From a virus (lineage: Duplodnaviria; Caudoviricetes), in IMG/VR virus record IMGVR_UViG_3300044624_000829, positions 1 to 55,092 of that record: 55,092 bases of DNA. The stretch is one strand, 5' to 3'. The notes below the pieces were generated by a model. The model searched no databases. It saw nothing but the letters and a program-made list of their open reading frames with translations, and was not told the DNA's origin. Positions 45,238-54,902 of the stretch are shown here, piece after piece (within the stretch, counting starts at the first letter, position 1; every line of letters begins with the position of its first letter). A program made the translations under genes and the position numbers.

Positions 45238-46245
45238 TTAAAACCAAGTCTCTTCAACCTTTTCTTGAAGAATAACTAATACATCTTCATTCATTGGATT
45301 AATCAAATATTCGTATACTTCAGAAGCATTACGTCCCAGCAATACATTTTCTGGAGTTAAATATAGTAACCCATCTCCTTTCAAAATAATAAACTTATAG
45401 AATGTTGCATCCTTAATCATTGCGCGAACTTTAAGTTCTTGCATATCCAATTCTGTATAATCTATAAATTGTTGCGCTGCTTTACGTATGCTAGATTCAT
45501 TAGCAAGACCATTAATAAATTCATCCATGTTATCATAGATTACGTCTTGCAATGTAGAATTTTTGTATTGCATGCTATTAGTAGAAATCAACTTAGCTAT
45601 GTAGAATAATTTACGCGGCATTTCATCAGAAATAGAATCTAATAGTGCCGCTGCTTTATTCTTAATCTTACTAACAGATGCTTTATTTTGTGCAGTATCA
45701 ATCTGACGATCTAAATACCATTTTCTTTTATGTAATCCGGAAATACAATCTTCTTTGCTTTTTGCAATAATAGGAAAACCTCCAGCTTCAATAGCTAAAA
45801 CTTTTAGTAGATCTTCTGTTTTATTTACAGGATCTAAAAAGATAACATTGTTAGCAACTTCTAACATAATAGTTCCCCAAAATTCAGAATTGTTTGGTTT
45901 GTACGTTTGCACCTTATTCCAAAAATCTGTATCTTCTATATCTAGGGTATTATAATGTTTTTCAAATTCTAACATTGCTACAATAGAACGTATTTCTTTA
46001 ATCTTTGCGTTTCTTTTTTCAGAATCAGCTATACCTTTTACTTCTGGTGCTGCTTCATCTAATCCGTTAAGATATCTTATTTTACCGTTTTGCTCTATAC
46101 AAGCCATAGGCTCTCTTTGAGCAGTACCAGGAAATAAAACCATGTCATATGTTTCCAAGCCCATGTTTTCTTTTCTTGGATCGCAGTAAGGTCTGATAGT
46201 CATCCTGCCTGCGTTCTGATAACGTTCTTTAATTTTTTCAATCAT
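45238..46245 (-). CDS. Hypothetical protein following the major capsid gene, 335 aa
   Basis: ORF track; position corresponds to the conserved post-capsid gene of crAss-like phages. Confidence 0.6.
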   Translation of the reverse strand: MIEKIKERYQNAGRMTIRPYCDPRKENMGLETYDMVLFPGTAQREPMACIEQNGKIRYLNGLDEAAPEVKGIADSEKRNAKIKEIRSIVAMLEFEKHYNTLDIEDTDFWNKVQTYKPNNSEFWGTIMLEVANNVIFLDPVNKTEDLLKVLAIEAGGFPIIAKSKEDCISGLHKRKWYLDRQIDTAQNKASVSKIKNKAAALLDSISDEMPRKLFYIAKLISTNSMQYKNSTLQDVIYDNMDEFINGLANESSIRKAAQQFIDYTELDMQELKVRAMIKDATFYKFIILKGDGLLYLTPENVLLGRNASEVYEYLINPMNEDVLVILQEKVEETWF

Positions 46246-46275
46246 TTTGTTGGTTTTTATGTGATAGACAAATTT

Positions 46276-46309
46276 AAAAAAACTCCCCGATATATTTTAC
46301 CGGGGAGTT
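46276..46309 (-). terminator. Intrinsic terminator after the major capsid gene
   Basis: AACTCCCCGG-TAAAATATA-TCGGGGAGTT followed by TTTTT. Confidence 0.88.
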
Positions 46310-46327
46310 GTATGATGACAAAATCAA

Positions 46328-47938
46328 TTACAAACTAAATCCTGTAACAGGGTTACGCATAACGATTTTGAGAACTTTTGTAGGATCTTCTACCCAAATT
46401 GCCGGCATAGCTTGTGTCATATAAACACGGTATCCGTTAAATTGTCCTGAAGAAGCAAACCCTTGAGTTCTTCCCATATAGTCCATAGTACCATTTTGAT
46501 ACCACCACTTCAATTCAGAATCCCACTTCTTACGAAGTAATTTGATATTATCACTTCCGTTATCAGTTACATCAAAGATGATAAATGAATAAGAAGAAAG
46601 AGGATAACCATCAATGATAGGGTTCTCAATTTTGTTCTGATGAACATTATCAAATGCTGGGTTCAATACAAACTTAACATTTGCCAAGAAAGGAATATGG
46701 TAAGAAGTGAAAGCAAATCCAAATCCTAGATCCATTCCTTTTCTTTCAATAGCACCCAATTCATATGCATTCAATACAAGACCTGATCTTACTGCTTCTT
46801 TAAGAACAGCATCGTTGATCATTTTCATACCAGCAATACCTGTTTGAACAATAAGTTCACGCTTAGAATCTGGACCTTCAAATTCAACTTTACCTCTAAA
46901 GAAGTTAAGAAGTTCTGAACGGAACATATCCAAACGGAAATCAACTTTATTGTAAACATACTTAAACGCATTGTCAAGTTGTTTCCAAAGACCGACAGAA
47001 AGACGTAGATCATCTGGACCATCTTGTGTAATACGTCCTCCCTTACCCCACATTAGGTAAGTTTCAATATCGTATGCAATCTTAGAAAGGTGAGCAGCTT
47101 CCATCTTAGTTAAGAAAGTCTTAACCATATCTCCATTTTCTACTGCACGTTTTACATAATCAGAACCTTTAGCTTTGATCATTCCGTCCAAAGAGTTGAT
47201 TGAAGGATCAAGTGATGTATCAAAAGATTTCCAAATTTCTGTAACAGGAATTTTACCATCTAATGTCATACCACCTTTTTCCATCAATTTAACACGAGAT
47301 GAAATTGAATAGTGAACGTGAGCTTCTGCGTTTCCTACATAGTTGTAGAATTCACGAGAAGATGCAGAAGTAGTCATATCAGAGAAACGTTCTCCATATT
47401 CACCTCTAGCAGAAGATACTCGGAAGTATTCAGTATTACATGCCAAATATTCAACATCAATAAATGCGTTAACATCATTATCTACAAGACGAACTGTATA
47501 GATAACTCCGTCACCCATATCAAGGATATCATCAGAAGTAATGTAAAGTTCCAATCCGTTGTACTTGTCATAAGTGATGATATCACCATGTCCAAATATA
47601 CGCTTGTTCAATTTAATTTTGAACGTAGTACCATCAATACCCGGTTGCTGAAGTCCAGAAATGTCTTCAGTAATGTAAGGTAATTCATCAGATACAGGAG
47701 TTCTCCATGTAAATTCCCCATTAGGATGTTCAACATTAATTACATTCTTTCCGTTGAAAGAAGACATTTGATATAAAGGCATCTCTACTTTTTGAAGTTG
47801 AGCCCACATATCGATAGGCCCAAGATCATCTGGCTTAGAGTCTTTCATCAAGTTCATAAGGTGATAACTATCTACGTGCGATGTAGCAACATACAAGTTA
47901 TCTCTTAGAAATAAACCATTGTTTAAACTCGGTGTCAT
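46328..47938 (-). CDS. Major capsid protein (crAss-like, HK97 fold expected), 536 aa
   Basis: After portal and scaffold; biased codon usage; terminator downstream; ETYLMWGKGG, GLWKQL, QTGIAGM, IWVEDPTK motifs. Confidence 0.85.
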   Translation of the reverse strand: MTPSLNNGLFLRDNLYVATSHVDSYHLMNLMKDSKPDDLGPIDMWAQLQKVEMPLYQMSSFNGKNVINVEHPNGEFTWRTPVSDELPYITEDISGLQQPGIDGTTFKIKLNKRIFGHGDIITYDKYNGLELYITSDDILDMGDGVIYTVRLVDNDVNAFIDVEYLACNTEYFRVSSARGEYGERFSDMTTSASSREFYNYVGNAEAHVHYSISSRVKLMEKGGMTLDGKIPVTEIWKSFDTSLDPSINSLDGMIKAKGSDYVKRAVENGDMVKTFLTKMEAAHLSKIAYDIETYLMWGKGGRITQDGPDDLRLSVGLWKQLDNAFKYVYNKVDFRLDMFRSELLNFFRGKVEFEGPDSKRELIVQTGIAGMKMINDAVLKEAVRSGLVLNAYELGAIERKGMDLGFGFAFTSYHIPFLANVKFVLNPAFDNVHQNKIENPIIDGYPLSSYSFIIFDVTDNGSDNIKLLRKKWDSELKWWYQNGTMDYMGRTQGFASSGQFNGYRVYMTQAMPAIWVEDPTKVLKIVMRNPVTGFSL

Positions 47939-47965
47939 TTGTATTTGTTTTTAAAATTTACTTAA

Positions 47966-49249
47966 TCAATCTCTAGAAAATATATTCCTAGAATTTTTGT
48001 TTTTGTTTCGTTGAAGAGTGTTCCTTGATGGAGCATTTCTCTCTTCCCCTTGTTTGGATGATGAAGTCATACGTTCACCTTCTGCTGTTTTTAAACTTCT
48101 ATAGGTTTTAGCAGCTGCTTGTTGTTGTCCTACTGACAAAACTGACTCTCTATAACCATTAGGATCTTTTAATAACCATAGTGCCTCCAATAGGACAGAC
48201 GGATTAGCTTCTTTACCAAACTGGTACTTCTCCAAAAGATATCCTAATTCATTTGTAGGATTACCTTCTCTATCCTGATAATGCCCGGTATCAGTTAGAC
48301 CGTAATACAATGCTGTCTGTATTCTATTATTTAAACGTAAACCATTCAAATGATTTTTATTTAAAACATTAAATATGTTTTCAGCATAACTTTGTTTAGC
48401 TATTTCAGCATCTTTTCGTTTTTGTTCTTGCTCTACAAGTTGCTTTTCCATAATCTCCGCCTGCTTCTTATCAAGCTTCGGTTTAAATTGAGCAGCTTTT
48501 TTTGCCAAATTGTTACTGTCAATATACGTAGTTATCTCATCTTCAATCTCTTCATCTGAATAACTACCTAGTTGACGTAACCATTCGCGTACAATTCTTT
48601 CTTGATGGTCATCATTATCTAAACTAAGATCAGTTATCTCTTGAGCTCTAGCAACGTTTTTTAATACATTAGATATATCCGTTCCTCCATTCAAAGCATA
48701 AGATATAACATCTTGTAACTTTGGATCTAACTTGCCAAATATTTCTAAAGGAGCTTGCTTTGCTACTTCATTTATTTTAGCAATCATATTAGTTTCAATC
48801 AACTCTTCAATATCATCTAACGTGTAGCTAGATATATCAGCATTGTCTTCAAATAAATCTAATAAGCCTTTCTTTGATAACTTATCAATTACCTCAACAA
48901 GTCCAGGTTTACGTCCTACCTTATTTGCTGAACGTTGATTAGCTGAAGAATCTTCTTGTGAATCATCCTCATCCTCATCACTGATATCTTGATCTAATAT
49001 ATTAGATAAAGCATCCTTTGTTTTAGGTGTTGCTGTATTAGATGTACTTTGCGGAGTAGGATTACTATCATCACTATTCTCTGTATCATCATCCATATTG
49101 TCAAGGAACGAAGTGTCTACATCAGTATTTTCAAGTACAGACCTTTTTGATTCCTCCGTAGGTGCAATTACAGTTGCTGCTTTTGTACCTAGTAGATCAT
49201 CCATGTCTTGGAACTCTACTTCTTTTGCTGTAGTGTTTTCTTTTGTCAT
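47966..49249 (-). CDS. Acidic scaffold-like head assembly protein, 427 aa
   Basis: Asp/Glu-rich N-terminus, coiled coil, basic C-terminus; located between portal and capsid. Confidence 0.6.
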   Translation of the reverse strand: MTKENTTAKEVEFQDMDDLLGTKAATVIAPTEESKRSVLENTDVDTSFLDNMDDDTENSDDSNPTPQSTSNTATPKTKDALSNILDQDISDEDEDDSQEDSSANQRSANKVGRKPGLVEVIDKLSKKGLLDLFEDNADISSYTLDDIEELIETNMIAKINEVAKQAPLEIFGKLDPKLQDVISYALNGGTDISNVLKNVARAQEITDLSLDNDDHQERIVREWLRQLGSYSDEEIEDEITTYIDSNNLAKKAAQFKPKLDKKQAEIMEKQLVEQEQKRKDAEIAKQSYAENIFNVLNKNHLNGLRLNNRIQTALYYGLTDTGHYQDREGNPTNELGYLLEKYQFGKEANPSVLLEALWLLKDPNGYRESVLSVGQQQAAAKTYRSLKTAEGERMTSSSKQGEERNAPSRNTLQRNKNKNSRNIFSRD

Positions 49250-49280
49250 AAGTGTTGGTTTTTTGTTTTTGACTTAATAT

Positions 49281-49309
49281 AATTTAATAATAATCTTTGC
49301 AATAAACAA
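49281..49309 (-). promoter_or_regulatory. Candidate promoter TTGTTT-N17-TAAATT(ATATT) for scaffold-capsid
   Basis: Same geometry as the other three sites, but in very AT-rich sequence. Confidence 0.35.
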
Positions 49310-49375
49310 TTAATGTTTAAATAAATAGATTAATCAATTTAGAAAAATGGCAGTATATAACTAAAACTAGAGTGG

Positions 49376-52153
49376 TCATTTAGATCCGGTATTTCTTTTC
49401 TGTGCGTCTATTTCACTTTTGGTTTGATTCTCCCTTGCTATCTTCAGTTTATTTTCTGATTCTTGCCTAGCCACATTAACCTTTTCCTGTTCAAGATCTA
49501 ACTTACGGTTAGCTATAGAAGCTTTATTACTTTCGCTTTCACGTTTAAAACTCATAGTATCCTGATATTCTTCAGATGCTTTTACTTGATCTAATACATC
49601 CATGAAATCTGACTGTGCGTTTTGATTAACATCTTGCATAGCACCATATCCTGCAGATTTAATTTCAGCTTCAAGTAATCTTGCTCTACGGTCTTTTTCT
49701 TTCTCACGGGCTTGATGATCTTGTTCCATTTTCATTTCATCTTTCTTAGCCTGAATCTTCATCTGCTCAAGTTCTTGTTCTTGTTTTGCTTGCATTTGAG
49801 CACGTTCTTGAGCGCGTTTATCCATTTCTTTCAATTTGCTATTCAATGTACCTAATGAATCAGATTCTAAGATTTGCCCTAATTCATAGATAGATGCTCC
49901 AGCTGTATTATTAGTAACTGCTAAAGATTGAATTTTTTCTAGCATTGCCCGGTGATTAGCATTTGTCTTACAGAATACATTTATATCAATTAACATAAGA
50001 TCCGTACCGTTAATCTCAAAGAATGTACGTTCATCTGTTGATACCATGTTTTGTAAACGTACAGATGATTTATTAGAATGATAATACTGTGCAAGGTCTG
50101 TACGCATCTGGTGTACTCTAGGCATTAAATAATCTGAATGCTGAATAAAGTACATTTCTGTTTGTGCATATGAACCTACTACTGCTTGTTCAATAGCACG
50201 AGCTGTATCAGTTTGACCTATTTGTTGTCCTAATCTTTGTGGAGTAATACCAATAACTTCTAATGCTTGTTGCTTAAAGAAGTTTGCCATTTGAATACGT
50301 GTCATAAGTCTATTAGACTGTTCCAAGTTCAAAGTTTGGTAATGTTGAAAGTTAAGAGCATTTTCGGTATTGGTAATAGATGTATCTAAAGGAAGTATTG
50401 AAAAGTCCTTCATAGCTACATAAGCTTTAGCATAGTTTCCTTTACCCCAATCTTCTCCTAATGAATGTCTAGGAAGAGCATTTTGGTCTAGTGCTATTAC
50501 TGTACCTATTTCATCAATAAGAATATCAGCTATTTGATTGTTTACAAGATTAAAACCAATTTGAGCAGGTTTCATTAAATCAACTAAAGCTGTAGATTTT
50601 GTATTACGTTCTGTAAATACTTTACCTTCTACTGGTAGTTTACATCCGTATAATGAATCATCACCTTTAAACTGAAAACGTAGAGGCCCTATTTTGTTAC
50701 CACCTATTCCAATGTAAATAGGCATCATATCATCTTTATCTAATGTATCTTGAAATACCATACGATTAGGACCAATTTTAACACCTCCATAAACTTGGTT
50801 AATCCAGATCCATTCTATATGATCCCCAAATACTAACGTTTCAGCATTTTTACGTTTATCAAATTTATTATTGTAAACGGGAGTGTTTGATACTTTATAG
50901 TTTTCGTCTACAATTTCAACTACAGTTTCTCCACCCTCATTGATACTTGTTAAATATCCTACTTTACGTTGAGATTTCCAATAGGATGTAGTTACTCTCA
51001 ACATTTGATGATCATGAAGTATTCCTGTATGTTCACTTTGACCTATAATCCAAGCTATAATATCATCCGGATTATATGCGTTTTCATTAAAAGACAACCA
51101 CTTCTTCATTTGTAATGAAGGACTCAAGTTTTTTTCATGAGAAATTTGAGGATTATAATATGATCCATCATTTTGTAAACCATCTAATAAGTATCTACCA
51201 GCTCTAACAGGATATAATTCTTCAAGTTGCGCTAACTGTTCGGTATTTAAGAAAGGACCGTATAAGTCAATTACATCGGAAATGGTAAGCATATCAATTT
51301 TACCTACCCAACTGCCTTGTGAAATATATCTTACATCAGGAGATTTATGATAAAATGTAAGGACAGGGTTCCATAATTCAATATCATAATCTTCTTCTAA
51401 CATTTTAAAATGCCAAAACTCTCTATCAGTTATTAGCATATCTTTAAAACCTATCTCTTCTAATTCATCTAAATTAAATCTATTTGTATCTACTTGGTGT
51501 TGTTTAGCCGCCCATTGTTCTCCTAAAGTTTGATAAGTCTTAGAATAAAACTCTTCAATTTCGGGTAACTTCTTCATTGCCTCTGGATCAAATTGCTGTT
51601 GCGCTTCTGGTGAATTAGGATCTAATCCCATTTCCATCATTTTTGCTAACAGTTTTGATTGAGCGTCTTCTAATAAAACAGCTTCAATTTCAGCCATTTT
51701 ATTAGTCATGATTTCATTATATGAATATTCATCAACAGCCCTATAATCTATCTTAGTATTTCGTTTAGCAAATTCAGCTACTAATACATTAATGACATTT
51801 GGAATTATTGGGTAAAACTTTAATTCCATTGCTGAATCATCATTTTGATTATTGATAAAATCAGAAGATAAAATATCTACCAGTTCAGAAACATCACTCA
51901 TTTCAGGTGTTGGCATATAATCTTCTTTATCGATAGTACCTTTGGCAAGTTTGTAGTTTTTTAATAATCTACGAGCATTGTAACGTATTTGTTTAATACC
52001 TTGCCATTCTAACCAATCAAGATTATGTTGAGCCCATTCTTCATCTTTTTCTGTTATAGATAAAAACTGAATGGGTTGCGTAAAAGAGTTAAATCCTCTT
52101 GGATTCGGCTTACCTTCTCCGTCTCTTATTTGTAATGCGTTCTTAATTTGCAT
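49376..52153 (-). CDS. Portal protein, 925 aa
   Basis: Directly after terminase; FYPIIPNVINVLVAEFAKR, CKLPVEG, LVDLMKPAQ, IGITPQRLGQ; C-terminal coiled coil. Confidence 0.88.
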   Translation of the reverse strand: MQIKNALQIRDGEGKPNPRGFNSFTQPIQFLSITEKDEEWAQHNLDWLEWQGIKQIRYNARRLLKNYKLAKGTIDKEDYMPTPEMSDVSELVDILSSDFINNQNDDSAMELKFYPIIPNVINVLVAEFAKRNTKIDYRAVDEYSYNEIMTNKMAEIEAVLLEDAQSKLLAKMMEMGLDPNSPEAQQQFDPEAMKKLPEIEEFYSKTYQTLGEQWAAKQHQVDTNRFNLDELEEIGFKDMLITDREFWHFKMLEEDYDIELWNPVLTFYHKSPDVRYISQGSWVGKIDMLTISDVIDLYGPFLNTEQLAQLEELYPVRAGRYLLDGLQNDGSYYNPQISHEKNLSPSLQMKKWLSFNENAYNPDDIIAWIIGQSEHTGILHDHQMLRVTTSYWKSQRKVGYLTSINEGGETVVEIVDENYKVSNTPVYNNKFDKRKNAETLVFGDHIEWIWINQVYGGVKIGPNRMVFQDTLDKDDMMPIYIGIGGNKIGPLRFQFKGDDSLYGCKLPVEGKVFTERNTKSTALVDLMKPAQIGFNLVNNQIADILIDEIGTVIALDQNALPRHSLGEDWGKGNYAKAYVAMKDFSILPLDTSITNTENALNFQHYQTLNLEQSNRLMTRIQMANFFKQQALEVIGITPQRLGQQIGQTDTARAIEQAVVGSYAQTEMYFIQHSDYLMPRVHQMRTDLAQYYHSNKSSVRLQNMVSTDERTFFEINGTDLMLIDINVFCKTNANHRAMLEKIQSLAVTNNTAGASIYELGQILESDSLGTLNSKLKEMDKRAQERAQMQAKQEQELEQMKIQAKKDEMKMEQDHQAREKEKDRRARLLEAEIKSAGYGAMQDVNQNAQSDFMDVLDQVKASEEYQDTMSFKRESESNKASIANRKLDLEQEKVNVARQESENKLKIARENQTKSEIDAQKRNTGSK

Positions 52154-52155
52154 AA

Positions 52156-54387
52156 TTATTTAAGTCTTCTAAACGGGTTTCTATTTTTTTTCATATCTAA
52201 ACCTATATTAGATCTACCTATGTTTTTAAACGGTACACCCTTATTTAATTTATAAATTTTATCTGAATTTTGCAAGTGTTCGTTATCTATACTTTCAATT
52301 CTTTTCTTTGGACCTTTGTTAGCAATTTGCAATTTAACAAATGCTATAAGGGCCGAAAGAGAAATTAAACGGTCAACGTTAAGTCCATGTTCATACTGAC
52401 GCATTTCTTCTAAAGCCATAGTATCAGGTATTCTCTCAATACCATAAACCACTTTAATAACGTTACCTGTATCATCTGTTTCCTCATAAATCTTTTCTTT
52501 TAAAGATTCAATAAGATAAGTTAATAAATTATTTGCAAATATAGTTCCTGTATTTTTCCAACCATATTCTTGATGGCTACTATTATTAAACCCATGTTCT
52601 TTTAGAAAGATCATTTCTGACTTTGGTACAAGATAACGTTGTAATCTATGATGTATCATATACAAGATAAATAAAGATACGTTGGCTTCCACTAACGTCC
52701 ATGCATTATACCATTTAATAATTAACTCCAATCGTTTATGTGTATCGTTAATATCATCAAATCTGCCAGCCCACGCACAGACAATTTTATCTCCTTCAAT
52801 AAAAGTCTGAGCTTTACCATGTTCAAATCTTTGTACTTGTACCGGTGTTTTGTAAACGTAAATAGAACATAAAGATTCAGAAGATGTAGTTTTACCTTCC
52901 GATACGGGATCTATAGAAGCATAATAGATACCCCATTCTGGTTTTTCCATTGGTCTTTCCCATACTACAATAGAGCCAGTTTTATCTATCATCTTTTTAT
53001 CTACAGGAAAATCTCGTATAGGTGGTTTTGTAGTTAACTTTACATCTATTGAACCATCTATTTTTTCTGATAGGTTGATTAACTCAAAAGGATATTTTCC
53101 ATCATCAACTTCTAGTTTGTGTGTATCAACAAGTGCCAAAGGAAAACGTGATTCAGTTCTTGCAGCAAAAGCTACTTGCATGTTAATAGGCCTCTGCGAT
53201 TTACGGATTTGACATGTTTCAGGTTCAAGATCGCGTTCCCATTCAGCATACAATTCTAATAATCTTTCGGTAGCTTCTTTAACTTGTGAATTACCGTAAG
53301 CATCAATAAAAGGCGGCATTGAATATTGCTCTGGTACAAACAAACCTGTTTCTTGAATATTATCTTTCCAATTAACCCATTTGTTTCTAATTGTATAAAA
53401 GCCGTTAGCTTTAGCTTTATACATGTAAGTTCTTAACGGTTTGCATTGATCAAGATCCCCCACAGTTCCGGCAGCAACAAAAAATCCTGTAGTTATATCT
53501 CCCGCTTGCATTGCTGGTAATAAAAATTCTAATGTTTTATCCATACGTGGAGCAATACCTGCTTCTTCATAAAAAAACATAGTTGTTAAACCCCCTACAC
53601 CGGCTGTATCTGATTGCTGAAAAGATATAGATTGTAATGTTCCCATTAAACCTACATCATATTTTTTACCTCCCTCTGTTACTTCTTGTTTTTGCACCCA
53701 TTCGCCAACAGTACCTGGATTCATTTCTCTTGTCCATGCTGTATGTTTATTAAGATGCGTTTTATACATTTGAGCAAACTTCCATGAACCATTTACTCCT
53801 GTAAGATAAGCTTCTAGAGATCCTCCTATTTTTAACACTGGCGCATCTTCAAACCATAGTAGATTTATAAGTTTAGCTACATGATACAAAGAAGATCCAA
53901 ACTGACGTTTCTTTAAAACTACTCCATGAAGATACTTTAACTCTGCAATAAACTCATATAAGTCCATCCAAATTTGAGTATCCCATATATCATTAAGCCT
54001 TCGTGTTTTTTTTACTTTATCTATAATTGGAAGAAAGTTAATCCAGAAGTAATAGTATCGAGTTAAATAATATTTATTTTCTCCTTTCCAATAAAATACA
54101 CCTTTGCGTGATTTTAATTTTTCAAAATCCCAATAATCTTCAAAATCTAAAGTTCCTTCTAAATAATCACAATAATAATCGTCTTGTTCAAATTTTATTG
54201 CTTGTTTTTTAAACTCAAGGATAATATCATCTAAATTATATTCTCCAGGTTCTTTAAAATATTCATCTTCTAATGTTGCGGCAAACTCTTCTCGTGAATT
54301 AAAAGATATTAATTTCCATGTACCGTTATCCCAACAAGGAATATTTTCGTATACATCACCTAACTGTTTAGAATTATACTGTATCAT
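52156..54387 (-). CDS. terL: Terminase large subunit, 743 aa
   Basis: Walker A-like LKKRQFGSS, Walker B FFYEEAG, coupling motif GTVG, nuclease YASIDPV and NVDRL. Confidence 0.93.
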   Translation of the reverse strand: MIQYNSKQLGDVYENIPCWDNGTWKLISFNSREEFAATLEDEYFKEPGEYNLDDIILEFKKQAIKFEQDDYYCDYLEGTLDFEDYWDFEKLKSRKGVFYWKGENKYYLTRYYYFWINFLPIIDKVKKTRRLNDIWDTQIWMDLYEFIAELKYLHGVVLKKRQFGSSLYHVAKLINLLWFEDAPVLKIGGSLEAYLTGVNGSWKFAQMYKTHLNKHTAWTREMNPGTVGEWVQKQEVTEGGKKYDVGLMGTLQSISFQQSDTAGVGGLTTMFFYEEAGIAPRMDKTLEFLLPAMQAGDITTGFFVAAGTVGDLDQCKPLRTYMYKAKANGFYTIRNKWVNWKDNIQETGLFVPEQYSMPPFIDAYGNSQVKEATERLLELYAEWERDLEPETCQIRKSQRPINMQVAFAARTESRFPLALVDTHKLEVDDGKYPFELINLSEKIDGSIDVKLTTKPPIRDFPVDKKMIDKTGSIVVWERPMEKPEWGIYYASIDPVSEGKTTSSESLCSIYVYKTPVQVQRFEHGKAQTFIEGDKIVCAWAGRFDDINDTHKRLELIIKWYNAWTLVEANVSLFILYMIHHRLQRYLVPKSEMIFLKEHGFNNSSHQEYGWKNTGTIFANNLLTYLIESLKEKIYEETDDTGNVIKVVYGIERIPDTMALEEMRQYEHGLNVDRLISLSALIAFVKLQIANKGPKKRIESIDNEHLQNSDKIYKLNKGVPFKNIGRSNIGLDMKKNRNPFRRLK

Positions 54388-54902
54388 TATCTAAGATCAT
54401 AAGGTAATTTAGAACTTCCCCGGGCTTTTACTTTATTTTCTTCTTGAACATCTTCATAAACTCCTTTAAAAGACTCTCTAACACTTTTAAATTCTTTTGC
54501 TACTCTTAATAATGCACCAATGTTTCCATCTCTACCATCTGTAATTTCTGTATGTTTTAAATATGTGTTTAGATTTTCTAGCATTGTTTTAATAGCATCA
54601 TAGGATCTCATTGTAGGTGTCATAAACAAATCTTTGCATCTATCAATAGCATGTAAGATAGCAGGCGATTCTACATTAAATTCGGGTTGTAAATCTTTAA
54701 GTATTTTTTCTTCTCTATCTACTTCTGATATATTAAAATAAGGATTATCTGGTCCTAAATAACTCATGTAGTATATGTAAGCAAAAACTTTTACATGATC
54801 TTCCGGATGTTCATCAATAATTTTTTTTAACCAACTAATCATATAGCAATGTTCTGTTGGTTTAACGGTTCTTCCGTCTAGTTCAAATAATCTAATGTGC
54901 AT
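54387..54902 (-). CDS. Helical protein upstream of terL, possible terminase small subunit, 171 aa
   Basis: TAATG overlap with terL; size and position. The ORF is solid, the function is inferred. Confidence 0.5.
   Translation of the reverse strand: MHIRLFELDGRTVKPTEHCYMISWLKKIIDEHPEDHVKVFAYIYYMSYLGPDNPYFNISEVDREEKILKDLQPEFNVESPAILHAIDRCKDLFMTPTMRSYDAIKTMLENLNTYLKHTEITDGRDGNIGALLRVAKEFKSVRESFKGVYEDVQEENKVKARGSSKLPYDLR

Noticed and set aside
23503-47022. Alternative-frame minus-strand ORFs 23503-23709, 24043-24309 and 46825-47022
   Set aside because: Nested out of frame in well-supported genes with no sign of independent function.
2902-47683. All short plus-strand ORFs in the track (e.g. 4207-4527, 43172-43603, 44138-44491, 47312-47683)
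   Set aside because: They lie antisense to long minus-strand genes, many start at non-ATG codons, and they carry no recognisable motifs; treated as shadow ORFs.
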